64,000 nucleotides of DNA from the NCBI GenBank assembly GCA_963611815.1, contig CAVDSY010000022.1, forward strand, positions 93,539 to 157,538, given 5' to 3'. Within the stretch, counting starts at the first letter, position 1. Each line of letters opens with the position of its first letter. This stretch comes from a bacterium (GTDB lineage Bacteria; Bacillota_I; Bacilli_A; RFN20; CAG-826). Positions 54,618 through 63,545 of this stretch are shown here, piece after piece. Made by a program: the position numbers and the translations under genes. The notes under the pieces were generated by a model. It saw only the letters and a program-made list of their open reading frames with translations, ran no database searches and was not told the DNA's origin.

Positions 54618-55910
54618 TTAGCAAAGCAAGATGAGGCCGAGGGTCGAGAAGCCCAAGGCCAACGGGACGAGAATCAGTCCATAGCGCACGAAGGAGAAAA
54701 AGGAATAGTCGACCCCGTGCTTTTTGAGGATCGACATCCACATGATGCCCGCCAAGGCTCCTATCGGTGTGAGATAGGCGCCGATATTCGAGCCGATGAT
54801 GGTCGCGTATATTGCCAAGGCACTTTTCCCTTCGAGGATTGAGGAATAGAGGATAGACATGGGTATGTTGTTGATCAGATTGTCGAAAATGATCGAGCTC
54901 AGGCAATAGGCGTAGCCTTCCGCCCAAGGGTTGGGGGATAGGGCATCTAGCGTCTGCTGAAGGTAAGAGACGACCCCGCTTTGCCGCAAGGAAAGGACCA
55001 AGACGAACATCGATAGGACGAAGGGGATTAGATTGTAGGGGAGGCGCTTGGCCACGTCGAGTATGTAGGTTTTGTCTCTTCCGATGGCAGATACGAGAGC
55101 GAAAAGAGACAAAGAGAGGCCGAGCATCACCGCCCACGATTCTATCTTGACGTAATTGGAGAGTATGAGCGAGGCAATCGCCAGCAGAAGGAAAGCGAGA
55201 TTCAGGACGACGAGCGGCTTGTTTTTGAGAGTCTCTTCCTCCATCTCCGTCTCTTCGATGGGTTTAGCGAGGTCCTTGTGAAATAGCAGCAGGATGGCCA
55301 ACAAAGTAGCCAGGCCAGCCAAAAGGGTTGGCAACCACATTTTTGAGAGGTAGGCGAGGAAGGTTATCCCCTCGCTTTCGGAGAGGTAGATGTTCGTCGG
55401 GTTGCCGATGGAGAGGAGCATCGAGTAGGTGTTCGCGTTAACGAACTCGGCGATGAGATAGGGGAGGGGGTTGATCTTGGCTTTCTTGGAAAAGAGAATG
55501 ATGAAAGGAGTGAAGGTCAAGATGACGATGTCATTGGAAGTGAAAATGGTGAGCAAGGAGACAAGCCCATAAAGCGTGAAGAAGATCCCGTATTGGCTGC
55601 CTTTGCTTTTCTCGAGGGCTTTCGAGGAGAGGTAATGGAAGAAACCCAGCTCATCGAGCGATATAGAAATAAGAGAGAGCGAAATGAAAAGAGCGAGAAT
55701 CTTCAAAGGGTTCATCGCCCCTTGGGTGAGGCCATCCCAAAGCGCGGAGAGATCAACTTGCCTGGTCGCAAGGGCGAAGACGGCTCCAAGGAGGGTGACG
55801 ACCCAGAAAGTCTGAAACGAAAGCTTCCCTATCTTAAGGCTCGGCTTCAAGGCGATCATGATGATCATGAGGGCGATGGTGATGATGAAGGTCAGCAAGG
55901 AAAGAAGCAT
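54618..55910 (-). CDS. ion-transporter superfamily permease (ArsB/NhaD/CitMHS-like anion permease)
   Basis: 430 aa with 10-12 TM segments. It has the duplicated hairpin-loop architecture, with blocks SNDIVILTFTP and GSNIGAYLTPIGALAG. Confidence 0.65.
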   Translation of the reverse strand: MLLSLLTFIITIALMIIMIALKPSLKIGKLSFQTFWVVTLLGAVFALATRQVDLSALWDGLTQGAMNPLKILALFISLSLISISLDELGFFHYLSSKALEKSKGSQYGIFFTLYGLVSLLTIFTSNDIVILTFTPFIILFSKKAKINPLPYLIAEFVNANTYSMLLSIGNPTNIYLSESEGITFLAYLSKMWLPTLLAGLATLLAILLLFHKDLAKPIEETEMEEETLKNKPLVVLNLAFLLLAIASLILSNYVKIESWAVMLGLSLSLFALVSAIGRDKTYILDVAKRLPYNLIPFVLSMFVLVLSLRQSGVVSYLQQTLDALSPNPWAEGYAYCLSSIIFDNLINNIPMSILYSSILEGKSALAIYATIIGSNIGAYLTPIGALAGIMWMSILKKHGVDYSFFSFVRYGLILVPLALGFSTLGLILLC

Positions 55911-55966
55911 AGCGGCCGCCGATGATTATAGGAGCCTTTTCGTTTGGCGGCTCCGCGTTTGCTTCC

Positions 55967-57052
55967 CTATCGGTATTTCTCAAGTAAGCGTGCGAGGGCG
56001 CTTGCGTAGCCTTCCTTCGCACGCTTTTTGGTGTAGGCGAGGTCATTCCCCCTCCTAGAGGTCTCGTAGACGGGGAGTGGAGGATCTTCTAGATTGCTGA
56101 ACCCGCAGAGGACTGCGAGCTTTCCTTTCGGGGAGCGAGAAGAGATGCCGGAGAAGGCTTTGCCTTGCAATGATTGGGCGTCGAAGGAACCTTCGCCGGT
56201 GATGATTAAATCGGCTTTTGCGGCCCTTTCTGCGAAATTGCTCTCATTGAGAAGAATATCGATGCCAGATTCCATCTTCGCGTCGAAAAAAGTGTAAAAA
56301 GCCGCCCCTAAACCGCCGGATGCGCCTAATCTAGGTACTTTTTGCAGTGATTTTGAAGTCGTTTTCTCATATAAGGACGCGATGTGATTGGCTTTGGCTT
56401 CTAGCTCCATCAAGCAATCGCCATATCCTTTTTGGGGGCCGTAGACATAGGTGGCCCCCTCTTTCCCTAACAAAGGATTGGAGACATCGCTGAGGCAGAT
56501 GAATTCGGTTGGCGATCCTTTCAAAACGAATCTAGAGGCATCGATTGACCTTATCCGGTCAGCGTTTGCCATCGTCGGAGCGTTGGCTCCTTCAAAATTG
56601 ACGCCCAATTCGCTGAGCATACCCATTCCCAGCTCGTTTGTTGAGCTTCCGCCTAGGCCAACGTAGACGCGCTTCGCTCCCGAATTGGTCGCTTCCATAA
56701 TGAGTTTAGCCAACCCCCTTGTGCTTCTTTCTAGCGGAGGCACCAACCCTTTTATATATGGCAACCCGACGACGGAAGCCACCTCCAACAAGGCGTCCCC
56801 GTTTTTGCATAGCAGCAGCGGGGCGGTGATTGGAGATCCTTCCGCATCGACAGTCGGGACATATGTTTTCCTCCCTCCCCAAAGCGAAAAGAAGGCCTCA
56901 ACGGTTCCTTCGCCCCCATCCGCGATCAGCTGGTAGTCGAGCGACCAATCGTCTTTGAATTTTGTCCTTATTATCTCTTGGGCAATCTGCACGATGTCGC
57001 TAGACGACAGCGTACCCTTGAAGGAATCCGAGGCGAGGAGGAGTCTTTTCAC
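55967..57052 (-). CDS. glxK: glycerate kinase
   Basis: 361 aa with a GTG start. The N-terminus MKRLLLASDSFKGTLSS and the block ADLIITGEGSFDAQS are glycerate kinase signatures. Confidence 0.88.
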   Translation of the reverse strand: MKRLLLASDSFKGTLSSSDIVQIAQEIIRTKFKDDWSLDYQLIADGGEGTVEAFFSLWGGRKTYVPTVDAEGSPITAPLLLCKNGDALLEVASVVGLPYIKGLVPPLERSTRGLAKLIMEATNSGAKRVYVGLGGSSTNELGMGMLSELGVNFEGANAPTMANADRIRSIDASRFVLKGSPTEFICLSDVSNPLLGKEGATYVYGPQKGYGDCLMELEAKANHIASLYEKTTSKSLQKVPRLGASGGLGAAFYTFFDAKMESGIDILLNESNFAERAAKADLIITGEGSFDAQSLQGKAFSGISSRSPKGKLAVLCGFSNLEDPPLPVYETSRRGNDLAYTKKRAKEGYASALARLLEKYR

Positions 57053-57552
57053 CGGATAATTTTAACGTGCGCTTAACAAAACCTACACCGCGATTCTGCT
57101 CATTTGCGACCTTTGTTTCTCGTGATGGGGGATATTGCGAATCCCTTGCGCGCAAAGCAAAGCATTTCGACTATTGTTTCTTTGGGGGGCACGGCAATAA
57201 AGCAGGGAATTACTGGCCTTAATCAGGAAGAGGGGAGGAACCCCCTTCAACGTAGCTGCGCTTTATCGGGAGGCTGAAGAGGCGATGAGCGAGTTCGCTT
57301 ATTTAAAGGCGTCAACGGCTTTGCCGAAAAATAAAGCCTCATCCGCTTCGCCTGGGGGGCTTCTATTGCTTCCTCAATTCCGAGGAAGGATCTCGTGGGG
57401 CTTTATCTCAAAAGCAAGAAAGGGGCGAAGGCTGGTTGCTCGGTTTGCCATGGGCTTGGGCTGGCGAAAGAATCGCCCCTAACCTTAGCAGACGGTCGCC
57501 TGAACATCGACAATTTATGGCGGAAAGTGGTCTTGTGGCTTAGAATTCACCC

Positions 57553-59145
57553 ATGCAAAAAAAGAGGGGGAAAGTTGAACGCTACATCCTTTATTTCTTC
57601 TTTTTCTTTTTGGCTGGGGCTTTGCAGTGGATTAGCAGCAGCGTCTCCGGCACTTGGCTGCCTTTCCTTCTGCAAGTCCTCGCCAACGCCATTTTCTTCG
57701 CCCTCGTCCTCTTCTGGGCCTTTTCCGTGCAAAGGAGGATGCCTGACAAGAGGAGCCGCTACCTCCTTTCGGGGGTCGCCACCCTTCTTCTGGCTTTCCT
57801 TGTCATGCGCTTTTCCAAGTACAATCTTGTCAAAGGGGAAGCTGAGATTGAAAGATATCTTTTTTACGCCTTCCTCATCCCTGAGCTTTTCGTTCCTTTG
57901 CTTGCTCTGATCGTGGTTCTGCCGATGAGAAGAAGAAGGGCGGTGGGACTCGTCCTTTCCTTGCTTTGCTCCGCTTTCATTTTTTTGACGTTCACCAACG
58001 ATCTTCATCACTTGGTGTATACCTTCCCTGGCGGTGAGCATAACAGCGATAACCATGGACACGGCTGGCTCTTTTACCCCCTCATCGCCACCGTCATCGC
58101 GATGATCCTTTCCTTCATCCTTTGTTTGGCTTATCGCTGCAAAAAGCAAGGAAGCAAGCGGCTTTTCGCCTTGCCTCTCGTCTCGCTGGTCCTTGTCGTT
58201 GCCCTGAACGTCATTTTCTTCCTTTTCCCCTTCCCCGCCTATAAAAGCCCGGAACTGATGTGCTTCTCTTTCCTCGTCGTCTTCGAATCCTGCATCGTCA
58301 CCTCCCTTTTCCCCAGCAACGACAACTATGCCTCTTTCTTCACTGTTTCCAGTGTGAAAGCCCTCATAATCGACGAGAAGAAGACCATTATCGCCAAATC
58401 GAAAGAAGCCGTCTTGCCGAGCCTTCAGGAGAAAAACGATGCTTTGGAAAAGCCTATCTTCTTGGAGGGCAACATCCGCTTGAGGAGCGCGAAGATAAGA
58501 GGCGGATGGGTCCTCATCGAGGATGACCTTTCCTCGATCAAAGACCTTGAGAATACGCTGCTTGCGAATCGACAGGAGCTGGTCGGGGAGCAGGATTTGC
58601 TCCTCTATGAGAACGAGATCAAGGGGAAAGAAGCCGCCATCAAGGAAAAGAAGGAAATCTTCAAGACGATTAACAGACTTAGCAAAAGCGCATTGCCAGA
58701 CATTTCTTCCTGCCTAGCCAAGGCAAGAGAAGGCGACTATGCCAAGCATGTCAGCGAGGCCCTTCTTCGTCTTGCCTATCTCAAAAGGAAGGCCAACATC
58801 CTCCTGATGGAAGGCGAGTCGATCCCCGTCGAAGAGCTTGGCCTAGCCATCAAAGAATCCCTTAATTACCTGCCTTGCCTCTCCTCGTTCAGGCTCATCG
58901 GAAAGGGCAATGCGAGCAAAGCCTCTCTACTCAAAATCTACGATGATTTTGAACTAATCGTGACCGCTTTGCCGGATGAGTCATATTTCCTCCTCGACCT
59001 AAAGAAAGATAAAAACATTGTGACTTTGCGCTTCTTTTTCTCCTCCGAGGTGGTTTTTTCAGGTCGTTTGAACGGGAGAAAAAAAGAGAAGAAGGGTGAG
59101 GAAGGGCATCTTTTGGAGCTGGTTTACACGGAGGGCAAAGCATGA
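57553..59145 (+). CDS. multi-pass membrane sensor-like protein with a degenerate (pseudo)kinase-like C-terminal region
   Basis: - 530 aa with about 6-7 N-terminal TM segments, resembling histidine-kinase 7TM/5TMR sensor modules.
- After the coiled coil, KEIFKTINRLS sits where LytS-type kinases have PHFLFNxLN.
- No canonical H-box or N/G ATP-lid boxes were seen by eye.
- The stop overlaps the next start (ATGA). Confidence 0.45.
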   Translation: MQKKRGKVERYILYFFFFFLAGALQWISSSVSGTWLPFLLQVLANAIFFALVLFWAFSVQRRMPDKRSRYLLSGVATLLLAFLVMRFSKYNLVKGEAEIERYLFYAFLIPELFVPLLALIVVLPMRRRRAVGLVLSLLCSAFIFLTFTNDLHHLVYTFPGGEHNSDNHGHGWLFYPLIATVIAMILSFILCLAYRCKKQGSKRLFALPLVSLVLVVALNVIFFLFPFPAYKSPELMCFSFLVVFESCIVTSLFPSNDNYASFFTVSSVKALIIDEKKTIIAKSKEAVLPSLQEKNDALEKPIFLEGNIRLRSAKIRGGWVLIEDDLSSIKDLENTLLANRQELVGEQDLLLYENEIKGKEAAIKEKKEIFKTINRLSKSALPDISSCLAKAREGDYAKHVSEALLRLAYLKRKANILLMEGESIPVEELGLAIKESLNYLPCLSSFRLIGKGNASKASLLKIYDDFELIVTALPDESYFLLDLKKDKNIVTLRFFFSSEVVFSGRLNGRKKEKKGEEGHLLELVYTEGKA

Positions 59146-60407
59146 TTTACCGCGACTTGCCTAGGCTAATAAGAAGCATCCTCGCGCTTTTGCCTTTGGT
59201 CGCGTTTCTTCTGCATTTCGGGGTCGCCTTTCTCTCTTCTTTGAGAAACAAGCGAAGGCTTCCAACGGGGGTCGTCGCCATGACCATGGCCTTGCTTTCT
59301 TTGGCTCACCTCTTCATCTTGCTTTCGTACGAGGAGGAAGAGAGCTTCGCCGCCGAACTCCTAGACTCCTTTCCTAACGCCATCTCTGTCGCCATTTCCG
59401 TTTTCCTTTTCGCCTCGGGGCTGTGCTTTTTTGTCTACTTTGCCTACAGAAGAAGGCATTACCTCTCCCTCACATCCTTTCAAAACGCCTGCGACGCGAT
59501 GGAAACGGGGGTCTGCTTTTACAAAGACGACGGCACTTTGCTCCTCACCAACCGCTATCTAATCTCATTCTGCGAGCGTTATCTTCATGGCACTTTGCTC
59601 AACGCCAATGGCTTCCTTTCCCGCTTGGAGAGCGGCCAGTGGGATGGGAAATCCATCCTTCTCGGCGGCAAGAAGGCGTATCAGGCGAACGATGGAGAAG
59701 TCTTCGTCCTGTCCTTTTCAAGCCACGAGATCAACGAGAAGAAAGTCAATGAGTTCTCCATTACCCCCGTCGGCGAGCTTTACCGCCTCAGCGTAGCGAC
59801 GAGGAAAAGCAACGAGGAACTCAAGGAAAGCAACAAAAGGCTGAGGAGGCTCGGCAAGGAAATAGCGAGACTAAAAAAAGAGGAGGAGAACCTCATCGTG
59901 AAGAAAAGGATACACGACGACCTAGGGGGATTGCTTCTCTACGCGCGCTCTTGCCTTGATAAGGACCTCAACGAGGAGGAAAAGGAAGCCCTGCTCAACT
60001 TTTTGGAGAAGGAATCGCGCCAAGCGGTCTCTTTGGAGAAGAAAGAGGTCGGCGAAGGGCTTTTGGACGATCTCATGAAAGCGGGGGAGGAGATCGGGGT
60101 CGCGGTCCTCTTCGAAGGGGATGAGGTCAAGCCGGAAGAGGAGGTCTTCGTCTATGAAGCCGCGAAAGAATGCCTCCTCAACGCCTATCGCCACGGCAAA
60201 GCCAAGACGATGAAAGTCGTTTTCAGGAAAGAGAGCGATGCTACGCTGCTCAGCATCAGCAACGACGGCGTCTTGCCTTCGGGCGAGGTGAAGGAAGGGT
60301 CAGGGCTCTCTTCCCTCCGCTCCCTGGTTGAGAGCAATGGGGGCAAAATGAAGATCGAAACCTCGCCAAAATTCGAACTGAAGATTAAAATGGAGCGCAA
60401 ATTATGA
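59142..60407 (+). CDS. sensor histidine kinase, HisKA_3 (NarL-partner) type
   Basis: 421 aa with 3-4 TM segments and a PAS-like segment. The H-box is KRIHDDLGGLLLY, the N-box is LLNAYRHGKA, and the G-box region is GSGLSSLRSLVESNGG. Confidence 0.8.
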   Translation: MIYRDLPRLIRSILALLPLVAFLLHFGVAFLSSLRNKRRLPTGVVAMTMALLSLAHLFILLSYEEEESFAAELLDSFPNAISVAISVFLFASGLCFFVYFAYRRRHYLSLTSFQNACDAMETGVCFYKDDGTLLLTNRYLISFCERYLHGTLLNANGFLSRLESGQWDGKSILLGGKKAYQANDGEVFVLSFSSHEINEKKVNEFSITPVGELYRLSVATRKSNEELKESNKRLRRLGKEIARLKKEEENLIVKKRIHDDLGGLLLYARSCLDKDLNEEEKEALLNFLEKESRQAVSLEKKEVGEGLLDDLMKAGEEIGVAVLFEGDEVKPEEEVFVYEAAKECLLNAYRHGKAKTMKVVFRKESDATLLSISNDGVLPSGEVKEGSGLSSLRSLVESNGGKMKIETSPKFELKIKMERKL

Positions 60408-61033
60408 AGAAACGCGTATTGCTCGTCGAAGATCAGCCCCTCACTGCTGAGCTATTCTGCCGCTACCTCGAAAGCGATGAGACCCTCGTCCTCGCTGGCA
60501 AGGTCATCGCCGCCTCCTTGGCGGAGGTTTACTGCCTGAAGGAAGACATCGACCTCGTTTTGATGGACGTCCTCACCGCCGGCAACGAGAATGGGCTTGA
60601 GGCGGCGAAGCGCATCAAAGACAAATTCCCCGCGGTCAAGATCCTCATCGTCACCTCGATGCCGGAAGTGAGCTATCTGCAAAAAGCGAAGGAATACGGC
60701 TGTGACGGTTTGTGGTACAAAAAAGACGACGAGGCGGATTTCCTTTCCACGATCCACAAAGTCCTCGACGGAAAGGGCAACTTCCCCGAGGCGAGCCCAC
60801 GGATCAGACTCGGCCTTTGCTACAGCGATGAGCTGACCGAAAGGGAACTCGAGGTGCTGCGCTACGTCACCGGAGGCCTCACCAACGAAGAAATCGCCGA
60901 TAAGCTCATCATCTCGGTCAACACGGTCAGAAATCACGTTGCCTCCTTGCTTCTCAAGACGGGCTTCAGGAACCGCATCGAGCTCGCGGTCAGGGCCAGA
61001 GAAACGGGCGTCGTCATCTTCTGGGGCGAATAA
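60404..61033 (+). CDS. response regulator, NarL/LuxR (FixJ) family
   Basis: 209 aa. The receiver has VEDQ, the phospho-acceptor in LVLMDVL, and IVTS. The C-terminal LuxR HTH is ELTERELEVLRYVTGGLTNEEIADKLIISVNTVRNH. Confidence 0.88.
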   Translation: MKKRVLLVEDQPLTAELFCRYLESDETLVLAGKVIAASLAEVYCLKEDIDLVLMDVLTAGNENGLEAAKRIKDKFPAVKILIVTSMPEVSYLQKAKEYGCDGLWYKKDDEADFLSTIHKVLDGKGNFPEASPRIRLGLCYSDELTERELEVLRYVTGGLTNEEIADKLIISVNTVRNHVASLLLKTGFRNRIELAVRARETGVVIFWGE

Positions 61034-61448
61034 GGCTCCTCCAAAGCGTCTATTCTTTTATACATTGAAAAAGCCTGCCGAAAGTTTTTTTGCTTTCCTT
61101 TGGGAAAAAGAAATAAACGGAAGCGCAAATTGGATCGGTGGCATCCCCAAGATGGATTGCCTTCCGCAAGAAAAAAGGCAAACGGCCAGACGATCAATTC
61201 AACCCAAAATCGAACCATCAAGCAAGCCGCGCCTTAAGCGCCCCTTAAACGATCAATCCATTCCGGGGTTTGCTCTGAATTATTTTTGTGCTCAGGATTT
61301 GCTCAAAATCATTTCTCAAATATCGCATCGCTTGGCGATTTGACCCAAAGGAAAGGCCACCGGTGCTTTCCTTAGCGATTTATCGGTTGGAAGATTCGGG
61401 CAAAAATGAGCAAAATGTTTCCAAATCGCGCACGCGCATAAAGATAAA

Positions 61449-61457
61449 TGCTAGAAT
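61449..61457 (+). promoter_or_regulatory. extended -10 promoter element TGcTAGAAT upstream of the decarboxylase cluster
   Basis: Read directly. The AGGAGG SD is at 61495-61500 and the ATG is at 61507. Confidence 0.5.
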
Positions 61458-61506
61458 GAAAGAGATTTCGGTTTTCGGATACCGAATACCAATCAGGAGG
61501 TAAAAA

Positions 61507-62874
61507 ATGGGAGTCAAAATCGTCGACACCGCTCTCCGTGACGGCTCGCAGTCGCTTCTTGCGACGCGCCTTACCACGGAAGAGATATTGCAAGTAGCGC
61601 CTATCTTGGACAAGGCCGGCTACTATGCGCTGGAAGTATGGGGAGGGGCGACTTTCGACGCTTGCCTCCGCTTCCTGGATGAGGATCCCTGGGAGAGGCT
61701 GCGCGCTTTGCGCAAAGCCTGCCCGAACACCAAGCTGCAGATGCTTTTCAGGGGTCAGAACATCCTCGGATACCATCATTATCCGGACGACATCGTCGAG
61801 AAGTTCGTGCAGAAATCCCTCGAGAACGGGATCGACATCATCCGCGTCTTCGACGCCCTTAACGACGTGAGGAACCTGAAAAGCGCGGTCGATGCCTGCA
61901 AGAAATACCATGGTCATTGCCAAATAGCCCTCTCTTACACGACTAGCCCCGTCCACACCGTCGCCTATTACGTCGAGCTCGCCAAAGAAGTCGAGAAGAT
62001 GGGGGCCGACAGCCTCTGCATCAAAGACATGGCCGGCGTCCTTCTTCCCGAAGACGCCTACACCCTCATCAGCGAGTTGAAGAAAGGGACCAAGCTCCCC
62101 ATCGAGCTGCACAGCCACTGCACGGCCGGAGTCTGCCAGCTCACCTACAGAAGGGCGATAGAAGCGGGGGTGGACATCATCGACACCGCCCTCTCCCCTC
62201 TTTCAGGCGGCACCAGCCAGCCCTGCACCGAGGCCTTGAACTACTGCCTAAAGGGCACTCAATACGATCCTTGCCTCGACCAGGAGAAGCTCGATGAGGC
62301 GGCCGCGAAGCTCAGCCCAATCGTCGAAAGATACCTCAAGAAAGGCGTCTTGAAGCCGAAGGCCCTCTTGGTCAACCCCAAGATCCTGAAGTACCAGGTT
62401 CCCGGCGGCATGCTCTCCAATCTGATGTCGCAGCTCGATAAGCAAGGCGCCATGGACAAATTCGACGAGGTCCTCAAAGAGGTCCCCGCGGTCAGGAAAG
62501 ACCTAGGCTATCCTCCGCTTGTCACCCCCCTCTCCCAGATGGTTGGCACGCAGGCCGTGATGAACGTCATCGCCGGGGAACGCTATAAGATGGTGCCGAA
62601 GGAGATAAAAGACTATCTCCATGGCCTCTATGGCAAGGCACCCGCCCCGATAAACCCCGAGGTTCAGAAGAAGATAATCGGCGACGACGAGGTCATCTCC
62701 TATCGCCCGGCCGACAAGCTGGAGCCTGAGTTCGAGAAACTCAAGAAAGAATACAAGAAAGTAGCCAAGTGCGACGAAGACGTCCTCTCCATCGCCCTTT
62801 TCGAGCAGGTCGCCCTAAGCTTCCTCAAAAAGAAGTACGGGCTGGAGGCGGAGAGCTTCTCCGTTAGCCTATGA
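61507..62874 (+). CDS. oxaloacetate decarboxylase alpha-type carboxyltransferase subunit (5S/PycB-like), without a biotin domain
   Basis: 455 aa. It has LRDGSQS, CIKDMAG (carbamylated Lys block) and HSHCTAG metal ligands. It ends without an AMKM biotinyl domain. Confidence 0.85.
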   Translation: MGVKIVDTALRDGSQSLLATRLTTEEILQVAPILDKAGYYALEVWGGATFDACLRFLDEDPWERLRALRKACPNTKLQMLFRGQNILGYHHYPDDIVEKFVQKSLENGIDIIRVFDALNDVRNLKSAVDACKKYHGHCQIALSYTTSPVHTVAYYVELAKEVEKMGADSLCIKDMAGVLLPEDAYTLISELKKGTKLPIELHSHCTAGVCQLTYRRAIEAGVDIIDTALSPLSGGTSQPCTEALNYCLKGTQYDPCLDQEKLDEAAAKLSPIVERYLKKGVLKPKALLVNPKILKYQVPGGMLSNLMSQLDKQGAMDKFDEVLKEVPAVRKDLGYPPLVTPLSQMVGTQAVMNVIAGERYKMVPKEIKDYLHGLYGKAPAPINPEVQKKIIGDDEVISYRPADKLEPEFEKLKKEYKKVAKCDEDVLSIALFEQVALSFLKKKYGLEAESFSVSL

Positions 62875-63170
62875 TTGCTCTAGAAGGAGGGATGTGGGAA
62901 GTCAACGGCTTCCTCGACGCCCTTTGGATCTCGCTGCTTTGCATCGCGGTCGTCTTCGTGGTGCTCATCGTCATCACCTTGCTCCTTGAATTGCTCAACC
63001 GCATCAAGGCGCTCGACGTGAAGGAAGTGGTCACCCTCAAAGACGGCACCAAGGCCGACGAGGACATGATGGCCGCGATACTGGTGGCCTCAATCGACTA
63101 CCGCAAAACCTGCAAGGAGGACTTCAAGGTCGCTTCCTGCAAACTCATCGATCAGGAGAAAAAGAAATGA
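62871..63170 (+). CDS. OadG-like small membrane subunit of a Na+-translocating decarboxylase
   Basis: 99 aa with a single N-terminal TM segment (LWISLLCIAVVFVVLIVITLLL). It sits between the carboxyltransferase and the biotin carrier, and both junctions overlap. Confidence 0.65.
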   Translation: MIALEGGMWEVNGFLDALWISLLCIAVVFVVLIVITLLLELLNRIKALDVKEVVTLKDGTKADEDMMAAILVASIDYRKTCKEDFKVASCKLIDQEKKK

Positions 63171-63541
63171 GAATCTACAAAGTCAAAGTCAACGGCAAGA
63201 CCTATGAGGTCAAAATCCTCTCCGTCAGCGAGAGCGAGCCGCTCGAAGTGAAGGAAGTCAAAGCCTCCGCCCCCTCCGCCCCCGCCCCGAAGAAAGAGGA
63301 GAAGCCTGTTGCTAACGCCCCTGCTGGAGGGACGACGGTCGAGGCCCCGATGCAAGGGACTATCCTCAACGTCCTCGTCAAGGTGGGCGACTCAGTCAAA
63401 GCCGGGGACAACCTGGTGATCCTCGAGGCGATGAAGCTCGAGAACGAGATCAAGGCGCCGGTGGACGGCAAAGTGATCGCCGTCAGCGCCGCGAAGGGGA
63501 GCAGCGTCAACGCCAAGGACGCGCTCGTCGTCTTGGGGTAA
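63167..63541 (+). CDS. biotin carboxyl carrier protein (separate biotinyl/lipoyl domain subunit)
   Basis: 124 aa. An Ala/Pro linker (ASAPSAPAPKKEEKP) precedes the biotinylation motif LEAMKLENEI. Confidence 0.88.
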   Translation: MRIYKVKVNGKTYEVKILSVSESEPLEVKEVKASAPSAPAPKKEEKPVANAPAGGTTVEAPMQGTILNVLVKVGDSVKAGDNLVILEAMKLENEIKAPVDGKVIAVSAAKGSSVNAKDALVVLG

Positions 63542-63545
63542 GAAT

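Noticed and set aside
57285-57482. 65-aa ORF in the glxK/sensor gap (MSEFAYLKAST...)
   Set aside because: The composition is Arg/Gly-rich and the codon usage is atypical for this genome. No hydrophobic core or motif is present, and only a poorly spaced GGAGG lies upstream. It is kept only as part of the non-coding-gap finding.
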